Below are positions 19,572 through 29,118 of a stretch of DNA of 64,000 nucleotides, piece after piece. Source of the DNA: Gammaproteobacteria bacterium (GTDB lineage: Bacteria; Pseudomonadota; Gammaproteobacteria; UBA4575); the NCBI GenBank assembly GCA_965243395.1, contig CBDEUS010000002.1, positions 768,001-832,000 on the forward strand, read 5' to 3'. Numbering within the stretch: position 1 is the stretch's first letter; each line of letters opens with the position of its first letter. A program made the translations under genes and the position numbers. A model generated the notes under the pieces. That model was not told the origin of the DNA, ran no database searches, and saw only the letters and a program-made list of their open reading frames with translations.

Positions 19572-20324
19572 TCAGGGTTTAGTTCCGTTTAAGCTCCAGT
19601 CATACTTTAGATATTTAATTTTGTAATTTTCGGCACGCAAATCGTTAGCAACACTGTCATCGGTTACATATTGCGCAAGATATTTTTGTACTGAACCTGA
19701 GTGTTTCACAAAATCTTCTTCAAACCAGTCAAATATTTTTGAAATATGTGCGGTTTTTGTATCGGAGTCAAAATTATTTCTCATAGCGTCGTTGATGAAT
19801 GCGTAGGTTGCATCCGCAAGTTGTTGATCTAGTGCTTGTGCTTCAAATACTGTCGGTTTCAATTTTGGACAGGAGCTGGATGCACAGTTAATCGCGAAAT
19901 GAATACGAGGTTCACCAATCGGAATAATTACTTTGTGCTCAAGGTCATTTAAATTTATCTGCATACCGGCAAGTTCATACGTATCGCCTTTGAAAAAGCT
20001 TTGTCTGCTGAAAAACGTGCTGGGTGAACCACCATCTAGTATGCCTTTAATAACCAAGGCGTTGTAAGCGTTAATCCAGTAAGTTAGTTCTTGATCTTTG
20101 TTGTCAAACTTTGGTTTATCTTTTAGTGAGTCTATAAAAACTTGAAAGTTCGGATTAGCTTTAATCGCTTTATAATTGACATTTCCGTTGTGCACATTTC
20201 CAATTAATGCATCATTAAATGGCTTATAAAAGTCAGTATTTGCCCATCCAAGGTTGGCATATATTAACAGTGCGAAAGTGAACGCCATGATCACTATCAC
20301 CCCGAAGTTATTATGTTTTTGCAT
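19572..20324 (-). CDS. DUF547 domain exported protein
   Basis: WINAYN, EPRIHFAINCASSSCP, SKIFDWF and YDWSLN motifs. Confidence 0.92.
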   Translation of the reverse strand: MQKHNNFGVIVIMAFTFALLIYANLGWANTDFYKPFNDALIGNVHNGNVNYKAIKANPNFQVFIDSLKDKPKFDNKDQELTYWINAYNALVIKGILDGGSPSTFFSRQSFFKGDTYELAGMQINLNDLEHKVIIPIGEPRIHFAINCASSSCPKLKPTVFEAQALDQQLADATYAFINDAMRNNFDSDTKTAHISKIFDWFEEDFVKHSGSVQKYLAQYVTDDSVANDLRAENYKIKYLKYDWSLNGTKP

Positions 20325-20355
20325 TCGATTGAACTTTATAATTATTTATCAGAAT

Positions 20356-20544
20356 TTATAAGATTTCTACGGCGTCTAATAATGAGTTGTAGTAGTCATC
20401 ACATTTATCACATTCGCCGTTATAGTCGATCCATTCAGGATATTCTTTACGAATCACTTCGCGAAGATATAACTCCGCTACTAAATTTAGGTGTTTGTTT
20501 AAAGTTGCTTGCTTTTCAATAGGGCTCATGTTCTTACTCCACAA
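20356..20544 (-). CDS. Small CxxC protein (likely start ATG 20529)
   Basis: GGAG RBS before ATG 20529; EYPEW....GECDKC motif; co-oriented with the DUF547 gene. Confidence 0.6.
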   Translation of the reverse strand: MWSKNMSPIEKQATLNKHLNLVAELYLREVIRKEYPEWIDYNGECDKCDDYYNSLLDAVEIL

Positions 20545-20735
20545 TTAGTCTTTTTGGATTTATTATCTGTATGGTTTGCCTTAAACCCAGCAATATTAGT
20601 ACCGTCACGATGCAAAGCATTAGTACTACTATTGCTAAAGTTCTAGTTACAATTTTCATATTGATTCAGACTTAAAAAGAACGTCCTTGTTCGAGCTGTA
20701 ATCCCTTATTTGTTTATAGATTGCCATTTGGCAAG

Positions 20736-20996
20736 TTATATAACTTCATTAAACGAGTCATATGAAACATCTCCGTCTGAGCCATATGAGTGCTTAAGTT
20801 CGCTGGTGTTTACTTTTTCAGAATTTTCAATTTTTACATTGAATGCATCAGTGGGTCCTTGCACTTTGATCTCAGTTATTTCTACTTCTGTAGGTTGGAT
20901 GTTGCTTACATCTACTGAGTCAATACTTAAGCCAGATGCCCAGCTTGTTCCTGTAGCTGCGAGAAGAACAGCAAATAAAGTTGCTTTTGTTTTCAT
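20736..20996 (-). CDS. Small exported hypothetical protein
   Basis: RBS AAGGA; signal peptide ending SWA. Confidence 0.7.
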   Translation of the reverse strand: MKTKATLFAVLLAATGTSWASGLSIDSVDVSNIQPTEVEITEIKVQGPTDAFNVKIENSEKVNTSELKHSYGSDGDVSYDSFNEVI

Positions 20997-21357
20997 GTCT
21001 ATTTCCTTTTGTTAAAAGTTATATTAGTAATCAGTTACGTACTAATAGACATGGGGAAAGGGAATTTTATTGCAGCAGAAAACGTTGATTTCTATGCAAA
21101 AAACTCATCAAACCAATCGATTTTTTGCATGTAAGATTTTGGGAAATCTGGCGGTCTAATGGAGTGGCACGAAGATTTTTGCGTGTCCTCACCGCTCAAG
21201 CCTTCTGCTTCCAGTATTCATATTCCGAAAGTGCTGAATTTATAAATACTGGCAACTGCTCCTGTTTTATCACAAGTATTTATTTAATGTATTGCAAAGC
21301 TTTTACACGCCGAAAACTGCGTCCTGCGTTTTCGGCATGCCTGCCGTCCAGGCAGGC

Positions 21358-21386
21358 AAAAAAAAGGGAGCAGAGGTTGCTCCCTT
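21358..21386 (-). terminator. Terminator of nrdAB
   Basis: Minus strand AAGGGAGCA-ACCTC-TGCTCCCTT followed by T-tract. Confidence 0.85.
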
Positions 21387-21451
21387 AATATAACCACCAT
21401 AAGTGGTGGCCCCATAACGCCGGTTTCTAAAGCATGTTTACCCCAGAGAAT

Positions 21452-22756
21452 TTACCAGGTGAGTGCACCGCCTGTTTGATATTCAGTAACGCGTGTTTCG
21501 AAGAAATTCTTTTCTTTCTTAAGATCTAAAATTTCAGACATCCAGGGAAATGGATTATTCACGCTGTCATATTGTTGCGGTAAGCCAATTTGTGAGAAGC
21601 GCCGGTTGGCAATGAATTTGAGATACTCTTCGAACATTGGTGCATTTAAACCAAGAATGCCGCGAGGCATAGTGTCGTATGCGTATTGTGTTTCAAGTTC
21701 AACACCGCTCTTAATGAGCTCAATCATTTCTTGTTGAAATGCTTCGGTCCATAAATGTGGGTTTTCAAGTTTGATTTGGTTGATGACATCAATACCAAAG
21801 TTCATGTGCATGGATTCATCACGCAATATGTACTGGAACTGTTCGGCAACACCTGTCATTTTATTGCGGCGACCCATAGAGAGTATCTGCACAAAGCCAA
21901 CATAAAAGAAGATACCTTCAAACACTACATAAAATGCAATGAGGTCACGCAGTAAGCGTTGGTCATCTTCAACTGTGCCTGTGTGGAATTCTGGATCACC
22001 TAGGCTGTTGGTGTAAGGTAGTGCCCATTCTGCTTTGCGTGCTACTGCTGGAAGCTCGCGATACATATTAAAGACTTCACCTTCATCTAAACCTAAAGAC
22101 TCAATGCAATACTGATAAGCATGGGTGTGTACGGCTTCTTCAAATGCTTGACGTAATAAATACTGTCTGCATTCTGGATTAGTGATATGACGATAAACGG
22201 CCAATACCAAATTATTTGCTACCAATGAATCTGCGGTTGAGAAGAATCCAAGGTTGCGCTTGATGATGGTGCGTTCGTCTTCGGTTAAACCTTCTGGGTT
22301 TTTCCAAAGCGCGATATCTGCTGTCATGTTGATTTCTTGTGGCATCCAGTGGTTGGCACAACCGTCTAGATATTTTTGCCAGGCCCATTCATATTTAAAA
22401 GGCACGAGTTGGTTTAAGTCTGCACGGCAGTTGATGATTTTTTTATCATCCACTTGAATGCGACTGGCACCCATCTCAATGCTTTCTAAACCTGTTGCGC
22501 CATCATGACGCTCTTCTTTGGCATGCTGCTTTAACTTTTCTTCAGCTTCAATTTCTGTTTTTAACTTGTTAAGCGCTTTTGTAGCTTCAATGATCGATGT
22601 ATCACTCGGTCTTGCGACTACCTCATCAAAAGAAGGTTTAATGTCAACATGTGTTGGTGGTGCGTTTTCAGATGTTTCTGGTTCTGTAAAAACAGCAGGT
22701 GCCGCAGCACTTGTCATGACACGTGCATCTGCAATTGGATCTTCCCAGCTTTGCAT
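21452..22756 (-). CDS. nrdB: Ribonucleotide reductase class Ia beta subunit
   Basis: [22 protein letters not shown] and KEKNFFE motifs; Pseudomonas-type N-terminal extension. Confidence 0.97.
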   Translation of the reverse strand: MQSWEDPIADARVMTSAAAPAVFTEPETSENAPPTHVDIKPSFDEVVARPSDTSIIEATKALNKLKTEIEAEEKLKQHAKEERHDGATGLESIEMGASRIQVDDKKIINCRADLNQLVPFKYEWAWQKYLDGCANHWMPQEINMTADIALWKNPEGLTEDERTIIKRNLGFFSTADSLVANNLVLAVYRHITNPECRQYLLRQAFEEAVHTHAYQYCIESLGLDEGEVFNMYRELPAVARKAEWALPYTNSLGDPEFHTGTVEDDQRLLRDLIAFYVVFEGIFFYVGFVQILSMGRRNKMTGVAEQFQYILRDESMHMNFGIDVINQIKLENPHLWTEAFQQEMIELIKSGVELETQYAYDTMPRGILGLNAPMFEEYLKFIANRRFSQIGLPQQYDSVNNPFPWMSEILDLKKEKNFFETRVTEYQTGGALTW

Positions 22757-22784
22757 AATCCCTTTCTCCTCTCTTTAGTGCCTG

Positions 22785-25676
22785 TTATTGGCAGGCTTCA
22801 CAATCTGGATCCAAAATCGAGCAAGCTTTTGGTGCTTCCTGGTCACTATCTGCGCCATTGCTTACAGCATTAAGTTTGCTTTCCCGACCTTGAACAGTAC
22901 TTTTCTCTACATGTGTAGCGCCCATGGAACGTAAGTAGTACGTCGTTTTTAAACCACGTACCCAGGCAAGCTTGTATAAATTATCGAGCTTTTGTCCTGA
23001 GGGTTCTGACATGTATAAATTGAGCGACTGAGCTTGATCGATCCATTTTTGTCGGCGTGAAGCGGCTTCAACTAACCAACGTGGATCTACTTCAAACGCA
23101 GTGGCGTATAAACTTTTTAATTCTTCCGGAATGCGGTCAATGGATTGCACACTGCCATCATAGTATTTGAGGTCATTGGCCATGACTTCATCCCAGAGAT
23201 TGCGTTTCTTTAAGTCCGCAATTAAATGCGGATTGCTAACAGTAAATTCACCGGATAAATTCGATTTAACAAATAAGTTTTGATAGGTGGGTTCTATGCT
23301 TTGTGTAACGCCACAAATATTAGAAATAGTTGCGGTAGGCGCAATTGCCATAGTGTTGGAGTTGCGCATGCCAACTTGTTGTACGCGTTGGCGTAGGCTA
23401 TCCCAGTCCATCGTGCTACTGCGATCTTGTTTTAAATAATCACCGCGCCCTTTTTCTAAAAGTTCGATTGAATCAATAGGTAAAATTCCTTGATCCCACA
23501 ACGAACCTTTATAGCTTGCATAAGTACCACGTTCTTCGGCTAAATCTGTAGAGGCTTGAATGGCAAAATAACTTACTGCCTCCATCGAACGATCTGCAAA
23601 CTCTACGGCTTCTTGACTACTGTAAGTAATGTTCTGCTTATACAAAGCATCTTGGAAGCCCATCATGCCTAAACCAACAGGGCGATGACGTAAGTTAGAA
23701 CGTTTTGCTTTGTCCACACTGTAATAGTTGTACTCAATCACGTTGTCTAACATACGCATAGCAGTAGATATGGTTTGCTTGAGCTTTTGAAGGTTCAAAC
23801 CGTTTTCATCAATGTGCGCGGCTAGATTTACAGAACCTAAGTTGCACACTGCAATTTCATCTTTAGTAGTGTTGAGAGTGATTTCTGTACATAAGTTTGA
23901 GGAATGCACAACACCCGCATGTTGTTGTGGCGAACGTAAATTACAGGGGTCTTTAAATGTGACCCAAGGATGACCGGTTTCGTACAACATGCCGAGCATC
24001 TTGCGCCATATGTCTACTGCCTGAACTTTTTTAAAGTTCTTGATTTCGCCGTTGTCTGCCATTTGCTCATAGACAACATAACGTGCTTCAAACTCTTTAC
24101 CACTCAGTTCATGTAAATCGGGTGTTTCGTGTGGTGAGAATAAGGTCCATCCTTTTTCTTCAATTACGCGCTTCATGAATAAATCAGGCACCCAGTTTGC
24201 GGTGTTCATATCATGTGTGCGACGACGATCATCGCCGGTGTTTTTGCGTAGTTCTAAAAACTCTTCAATATCTAAGTGCCAAGTTTCTAAATAAGCACAC
24301 ATTGCGCCCTTGCGTTTGCCGCCTTGGTTAACTGCTACAGCGGTATCATTCGCAACCTTAAGAAACGGAACTACACCTTGAGATTTACCATTAGTACCTT
24401 TTATATGTGCACCCATAGAGCGCACAGATGACCAGTCATTACCTAAACCTCCGGCAAACTTGGATAACATTGCGTCATCCTGAATAGCCTCAAAGATACC
24501 GAATAAATCATCCGGTACTGTAGTCAGGTAACAAGAAGATAATTGTGGCCGTAATGTGCCAGAGTTAAACAAGGTTGGTGTGGAACTCATGAAGTCAAAC
24601 GAGGACAACAATCGATAAAACTCGATAGCGCGTGCTTCGCGTTCTACTTCATTTATGGCTAAGCCCATGGCGACGCGCATGAAAAATGCTTGAGGTAATT
24701 CAAACGGAATGCCATCACTTTGAATAAAGTAACGGTCATACAATGTTTGCATACCGAGGTATGTAAACTGATGATCACGTTTTGGCTCGAGTGCTTTACC
24801 TAATTTTTTTAAGTCATATTCACTGGCGAGTTTTGAATCGAGTAACTCTAATTTAATGGCTTTATGAATATACTGCTCAAAATAGTCTGCATATTGATAA
24901 GCCATTTCCTTGAACGTTGCTTCGGACGGTACACCGTATACAAAACTAAGTGCTTGACGGCGTAGTGTGTCTAATAATAAACGCGCTGTTACATAGGTGT
25001 AGTTGGGCTCTTGTTCGATCAAGGTGCGCGCACTCATAGTTACGGCGGTGCCGACTTCATTTTCAGGAATACCATCGTATAAATTACGCAGTGTTTCATC
25101 GATGATGGGTTTTGCTTGTACGTCAGCGGTATCCACACATGCTTCTTCCACCATGCGCGCGAGTCTTTCTACGTCGAGAGGCTTTAAATCACCGGTTTCA
25201 TTTTTTACATTTAGTGTCGCTATGCTACTGCCTTGCTGAGAAGCTTCAGCGGCAAGTTCAAGTTGTTCGCGTTCTTTATGACGTTCTTCTCTATATAAAA
25301 CATATGCGCGTGCAATTTTGTGATGTTCGCTACGCATTAATTCCAGTTCTACCTGGTCTTGAATATCTTCTATATGAAAAGTACCGCCTTGTGGACGACT
25401 GCGTGATAGGGCATAAAAAACTTTATCGGTAATTTCATTTACCATTTCATGAATACGCGTGGAGGCGGCAGCATGGCCACCTTCTACGGCTAGAAAGGCC
25501 TTGGTTACGGCTACCTTGATTTTGTCACGATCAAAGCTTGTGACTTTGCCATTACGGCGAATTACACGGTATTGGCCAGGTGCTGTGGCCGCTATTTCAA
25601 GCTTTGTAGGAGCATTATTTTCGTGTGTAGGGTTAGGGGCTTTTTCGTTGGCAATAGTAGTAAGTTCTGGCTGCAT
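22785..25676 (-). CDS. nrdA: Ribonucleotide reductase class Ia alpha subunit with two ATP-cones
   Basis: VIRRNG cone, TPTLFNSG, SSC, SNLCTEI, APTA, GLKTTYY and C-terminal CEACQ. Confidence 0.98.
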   Translation of the reverse strand: MQPELTTIANEKAPNPTHENNAPTKLEIAATAPGQYRVIRRNGKVTSFDRDKIKVAVTKAFLAVEGGHAAASTRIHEMVNEITDKVFYALSRSRPQGGTFHIEDIQDQVELELMRSEHHKIARAYVLYREERHKEREQLELAAEASQQGSSIATLNVKNETGDLKPLDVERLARMVEEACVDTADVQAKPIIDETLRNLYDGIPENEVGTAVTMSARTLIEQEPNYTYVTARLLLDTLRRQALSFVYGVPSEATFKEMAYQYADYFEQYIHKAIKLELLDSKLASEYDLKKLGKALEPKRDHQFTYLGMQTLYDRYFIQSDGIPFELPQAFFMRVAMGLAINEVEREARAIEFYRLLSSFDFMSSTPTLFNSGTLRPQLSSCYLTTVPDDLFGIFEAIQDDAMLSKFAGGLGNDWSSVRSMGAHIKGTNGKSQGVVPFLKVANDTAVAVNQGGKRKGAMCAYLETWHLDIEEFLELRKNTGDDRRRTHDMNTANWVPDLFMKRVIEEKGWTLFSPHETPDLHELSGKEFEARYVVYEQMADNGEIKNFKKVQAVDIWRKMLGMLYETGHPWVTFKDPCNLRSPQQHAGVVHSSNLCTEITLNTTKDEIAVCNLGSVNLAAHIDENGLNLQKLKQTISTAMRMLDNVIEYNYYSVDKAKRSNLRHRPVGLGMMGFQDALYKQNITYSSQEAVEFADRSMEAVSYFAIQASTDLAEERGTYASYKGSLWDQGILPIDSIELLEKGRGDYLKQDRSSTMDWDSLRQRVQQVGMRNSNTMAIAPTATISNICGVTQSIEPTYQNLFVKSNLSGEFTVSNPHLIADLKKRNLWDEVMANDLKYYDGSVQSIDRIPEELKSLYATAFEVDPRWLVEAASRRQKWIDQAQSLNLYMSEPSGQKLDNLYKLAWVRGLKTTYYLRSMGATHVEKSTVQGRESKLNAVSNGADSDQEAPKACSILDPDCEACQ

Positions 25677-25791
25677 CTGCTCTCTCAGCTTAGTATTGTA
25701 AGTTGTTGTTTTTTATATCCATTTTCACAGGTCCATCGAGGTGTTTTTATTAGCTTCAGGCACTACTGAAGTGGACTGCTGTGAACCGGAA

Positions 25792-25838
25792 TAACTATAA
25801 ATTGGGGTGCGAAATCCGTCAAGCACAATATCTTGTGT
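25792..25838. promoter_or_regulatory. Tandem NrdR boxes
   Basis: TAACTATAAATTGGGG (25792) and GCACAATATCTTGTGT (25823), 31 bp apart, upstream of nrdA. Confidence 0.8.
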
Positions 25839-25856
25839 GTATATTGCGGGAAATCC

Positions 25857-25865
25857 TGTGGATAA
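25857..25865 (-). promoter_or_regulatory. DnaA box in the nrdA promoter
   Basis: TGTGGATAA is the reverse complement of the perfect box TTATCCACA. Confidence 0.65.
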
Positions 25866-26189
25866 ACGGTTTAATGTTACAAGCAGGTTAAAAATATCCC
25901 AAACGTTTGTGGGGTTTGGAAAATGCAAGCTTTTTTTAAGGGTTCTGGCTTAAAATCTTTCAATCGATTGAATAGAAAAGTTTTATAAATTTTTTTATAA
26001 GATTTAGCCAATTTCAAAAAAATCAGCCTCAAAACGACCGCTTATTTTTTTCACATAGACAAATTTGGTTACATGAAATTTCTTATTTGAGAATTTTTTT
26101 GATTCATATCGCATCACACAAGTTAGCGAATGTAATTACTTGCAATTTACATCTAATTTTAGTGAGCAGATATTAAGTAAAGTAAAAAT

Positions 26190-27998
26190 ATGCAATTCCG
26201 CGCCCGTACTGAAGCACCACATAAGCAGCGAACCGACTTTAAAAACTTGCTGCAGATGTTTCCGTATGTGTGGGCCTACCGTTGGCGGGTGCTTATCGCA
26301 TTGACCTGTCTGATAATCGCAAAAGTGGCAACGGTTGCTGTACCGCTAATATTAAAACGCATTGTAGATTCACTGGATATTGAAGCTAGCTTATTGATTT
26401 TGCCGCTAGGTTTGTTGTTAGCCTATGGTGCATTACGTTTAACTACGGCGTTATTTAATGAACTGCGAGATGTGCTGTTTGCGCGTGTGCGCTATCGAGC
26501 TATACAAAAACTTTCTACACGCGTATTAGAACATTTGCACAATTTGCCTTTGCGTTTTCACTTGGAACGTCAAACAGGCTCAATCACGCGAGATCTGGAA
26601 CGCGGCACACAAAGTCTATCTTCTATTATTAATTATATGGTGTTTATTATTTTACCTACTTTTGTCGAATTGGGTTTAGTTGCTGTAATTTTATTAGGTG
26701 CCTATGCACTTAAATTTTCACTCGTTACTCTCGTTACAGTTGTTGCTTATATTACGTTCACATTATTAGTAACTAACTGGCGGATGAAATATCGTCATGA
26801 AATGAATCGTTTGGATTCACAAGCTAATTCGATAGCTGTAGACAGCTTATTAAATTATGAAACCGTAAAATACTTTAATAATGAGCATTATGAATTGTCG
26901 CGTTATGGTGAAACGCTATCGAAATGGGAAAATGCGGCAGTAAAAAGTATTACTACAATGTCCATGTTGAACTTTGGACAAGCAATTATTATTGCCATTG
27001 GCGTTACTATTATCATGATCTTTGCAGCGCAAGGCGTAACTACAGAAACGATGACATTAGGGGACCTTGTGTTAGTTAATGCCTTAATGCTGCAATTATT
27101 TGTACCGTTAAATACTTTGGGAATTGTATATCGACAAATTACTTACTCACTTGCAGACATGGATATGTTAGTTAAGTTGTTAGAAAAAGATACTGAAATT
27201 AAAGATTCAGATAACGCTGCCTCATTAAAAATTAGTGCTGCAAACATCGAGTTTGATGATGTTTCGTTTGCATATAATCAAGACCGTGAAATTTTACGCA
27301 ATGTATCTTTAAACATTCCATCTGGTCATAAGGTTGCAGTAGTAGGGCCATCTGGTGCAGGAAAATCAACTATTGCAAGATTGTTATTTCGATTTTATGA
27401 CGTTACTTCGGGAGCAGTACGTATCGACGGACAAGATGTGCGAGAATGCACACAGCAAAGTTTGCATGAAAATATTGCTGTGGTACCACAAGATACAGTG
27501 CTATTTAACGAAAGTATTTTCTTCAATATACAATATGCCAAACCTGGTGCTAATAAAGAAGAAATCGAACATGCTGCCAAGTTGGCAAATATTCATGACT
27601 TTATTGCCCAGTTACCACAACAGTATGAAACGGTTGTAGGCGAGCGGGGCTTAAAGCTATCGGGTGGAGAAAAACAACGTATCGCCATTGCCCGTGCGGT
27701 GCTCAAAGGGCCACGAATTTTAATTTTTGATGAAGCTACTTCTAGTCTCGACTCGCAATCTGAAAGCATGATTCTAAATGCTATGAAAGAAGTCACTAAA
27801 GGCGTTACGACACTGGTCATTGCACACAGGCTTTCCACGATTGTAGATGCAGATACTATTTACGTATTTGATCATGGCCGAATAGTTGAGTCAGGCAATC
27901 ATCATGACCTGCTTCAGCAGCAAGGTATCTATGCCAATATGTGGGCCTTGCAGCAAGAGGAGCGTGCTGCTGAAAAAGCAGCGGAGCATGTTGTCTAG
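26190..27998 (+). CDS. Atm1/ABCB7-like ABC exporter (fused permease-ATPase)
   Basis: FHLERQTG, DSLLNYETVKYF, GPSGAGKST, LSGGEKQR and DEATS motifs. Confidence 0.95.
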   Translation: MQFRARTEAPHKQRTDFKNLLQMFPYVWAYRWRVLIALTCLIIAKVATVAVPLILKRIVDSLDIEASLLILPLGLLLAYGALRLTTALFNELRDVLFARVRYRAIQKLSTRVLEHLHNLPLRFHLERQTGSITRDLERGTQSLSSIINYMVFIILPTFVELGLVAVILLGAYALKFSLVTLVTVVAYITFTLLVTNWRMKYRHEMNRLDSQANSIAVDSLLNYETVKYFNNEHYELSRYGETLSKWENAAVKSITTMSMLNFGQAIIIAIGVTIIMIFAAQGVTTETMTLGDLVLVNALMLQLFVPLNTLGIVYRQITYSLADMDMLVKLLEKDTEIKDSDNAASLKISAANIEFDDVSFAYNQDREILRNVSLNIPSGHKVAVVGPSGAGKSTIARLLFRFYDVTSGAVRIDGQDVRECTQQSLHENIAVVPQDTVLFNESIFFNIQYAKPGANKEEIEHAAKLANIHDFIAQLPQQYETVVGERGLKLSGGEKQRIAIARAVLKGPRILIFDEATSSLDSQSESMILNAMKEVTKGVTTLVIAHRLSTIVDADTIYVFDHGRIVESGNHHDLLQQQGIYANMWALQQEERAAEKAAEHVV

Positions 27999-28009
27999 TC
28001 GAAGTAAAA

Positions 28010-28396
28010 TTGAAAACGTACAATAGTTATATGACAAATTCTAAAACTCCGATCAATGAGCAGGTTTTGCAAGCGGATTTAGCCGATCATGGTGGTTGTG
28101 CGAACTCAGAGCCGTTTGCCTTGCGTGTAATGGGTGACAGCATGGAACCTGAATTCAAGGACGGTTGTATTATCATAATCGATTCTGCAGCCGCAGTAGA
28201 AAGTGGTAGTTATGTATTAGCAATGGTGAATGACGAATATATTTTTCGACAGTTTATTGAAGAAAATGGTCGTTGTTGTTTGCGCGCACTCAAAGAGGGC
28301 TATGAAGATATATCACTTTCGAGCAGGGAAGCAGTTAGAGGAGTCATCGTGCAAAGAGCAGGAACACGTCGTAAGGATCACAAACATTACACGTAA
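28010..28396 (+). CDS. Stand-alone S24-fold (LexA/UmuD C-terminal-like) protein; likely start 28031
   Basis: FALRVMGDSMEP motif; no HTH domain. Confidence 0.85.
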   Translation: MKTYNSYMTNSKTPINEQVLQADLADHGGCANSEPFALRVMGDSMEPEFKDGCIIIIDSAAAVESGSYVLAMVNDEYIFRQFIEENGRCCLRALKEGYEDISLSSREAVRGVIVQRAGTRRKDHKHYT

Positions 28397-28585
28397 ACTT
28401 AAATTTGTTTTAGAGTTTTTTACGCTGTGACATACACCTTGTCATTTATTCCATTACATTTACCTTTTGTCATAAAGCCATCAACGATCTGTAATACTGT
28501 ATTCATTTTCTAAGTATAGTCTGGCCCCGTTGTTTAGATGCAGAAGCGTTTTAAACACTAAAGATGTTAGAAAATGCAACACGGC

Positions 28586-28602
28586 TGCACATAGAATGTG
28601 CA
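28586..28602. promoter_or_regulatory. NtrC-type enhancer
   Basis: TGCAC-ATAGAAT-GTGCA matches TGCAC-N7-GTGCA, about 60 bp upstream of a sigma54 site. Confidence 0.65.
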
Positions 28603-28633
28603 ATGTATACTAAGCACAATTACGGTTGATTGG

Positions 28634-28646
28634 TAAGTGTTTGAAA
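28634..28646 (-). promoter_or_regulatory. IHF-like site between enhancer and sigma54 promoter
   Basis: Minus strand TTTCAAACACTTA, one mismatch to WATCAANNNNTTR. Confidence 0.45.
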
Positions 28647-28663
28647 ACTAAGCCGATGAGAAC

Positions 28664-28680
28664 TTGGCATGGCATTTGCT
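28664..28680 (+). promoter_or_regulatory. Sigma54 (-24/-12) promoter
   Basis: TTGGCATGGCATTTGCT with exact GG-N10-GC spacing. Confidence 0.8.
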
Positions 28681-28871
28681 AAATAGAAAATAAATTCTGG
28701 TTGTTTGCTAAAAGCATATAAAGATATCGGTATTCTTATATAGAAAAGATTCATATCGGTAGCTTGAACTTAAAGTGGTTGGCCCCATCTAAATTAATGC
28801 TCGGAACGCAAGAAAGTAACTAGGATTGTGCTAAAAATTAACCCATAACTTTAAACTAGAGGAACTTAACC

Positions 28872-28982
28872 ATGACACACGAAGCAGAAAATGAATTTGC
28901 TTTCAATATATTGGTACCAGACTTCTTGCTTTTTGCGATTGCAATGACAGGAGTGTTTGGTTTGCTAATAGCTATTTTTTAA
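28872..28982 (+). CDS. 36-aa single-TM small protein
   Basis: Not in the ORF track. RBS GAGGA; MTHEAENEFAFNILVPDFLLFAIAMTGVFGLLIAIF*. Confidence 0.65.
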   Translation: MTHEAENEFAFNILVPDFLLFAIAMTGVFGLLIAIF

Positions 28983-29045
28983 CAATTATTCAAGCATGCA
29001 ATTTAATACGTAGATAACTCCTCCAAAAACCCCTACTACGTATGG

Positions 29046-29078
29046 AGCCTCACTATCCTATCCAGTGGGGCTTTTTTT
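29046..29078 (+). terminator. Rho-independent terminator
   Basis: AGCCTCACT-ATCCTATCC-AGTGGGGCT followed by T-tract. Confidence 0.8.
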
Positions 29079-29118
29079 ATGTCGTTTATAAATGCTGGAT
29101 ATTTTTGCTTAAGTTTAC

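Noticed and set aside
21165-21183. Sigma54 promoter TGGCACGAAGATTTTTGC
   Set aside because: GG-to-GC spacing is 12 rather than the required 10.
21125-21388. 87-aa ORF on the plus strand
   Set aside because: TTG start without RBS, and it runs through hairpins and a terminator; better explained as non-coding.
21452-25676. NrdB N-terminal extension and double ATP-cone in NrdA as novelty
   Set aside because: Same architecture as the known Pseudomonas-type class Ia enzyme; no intein or intron visible.
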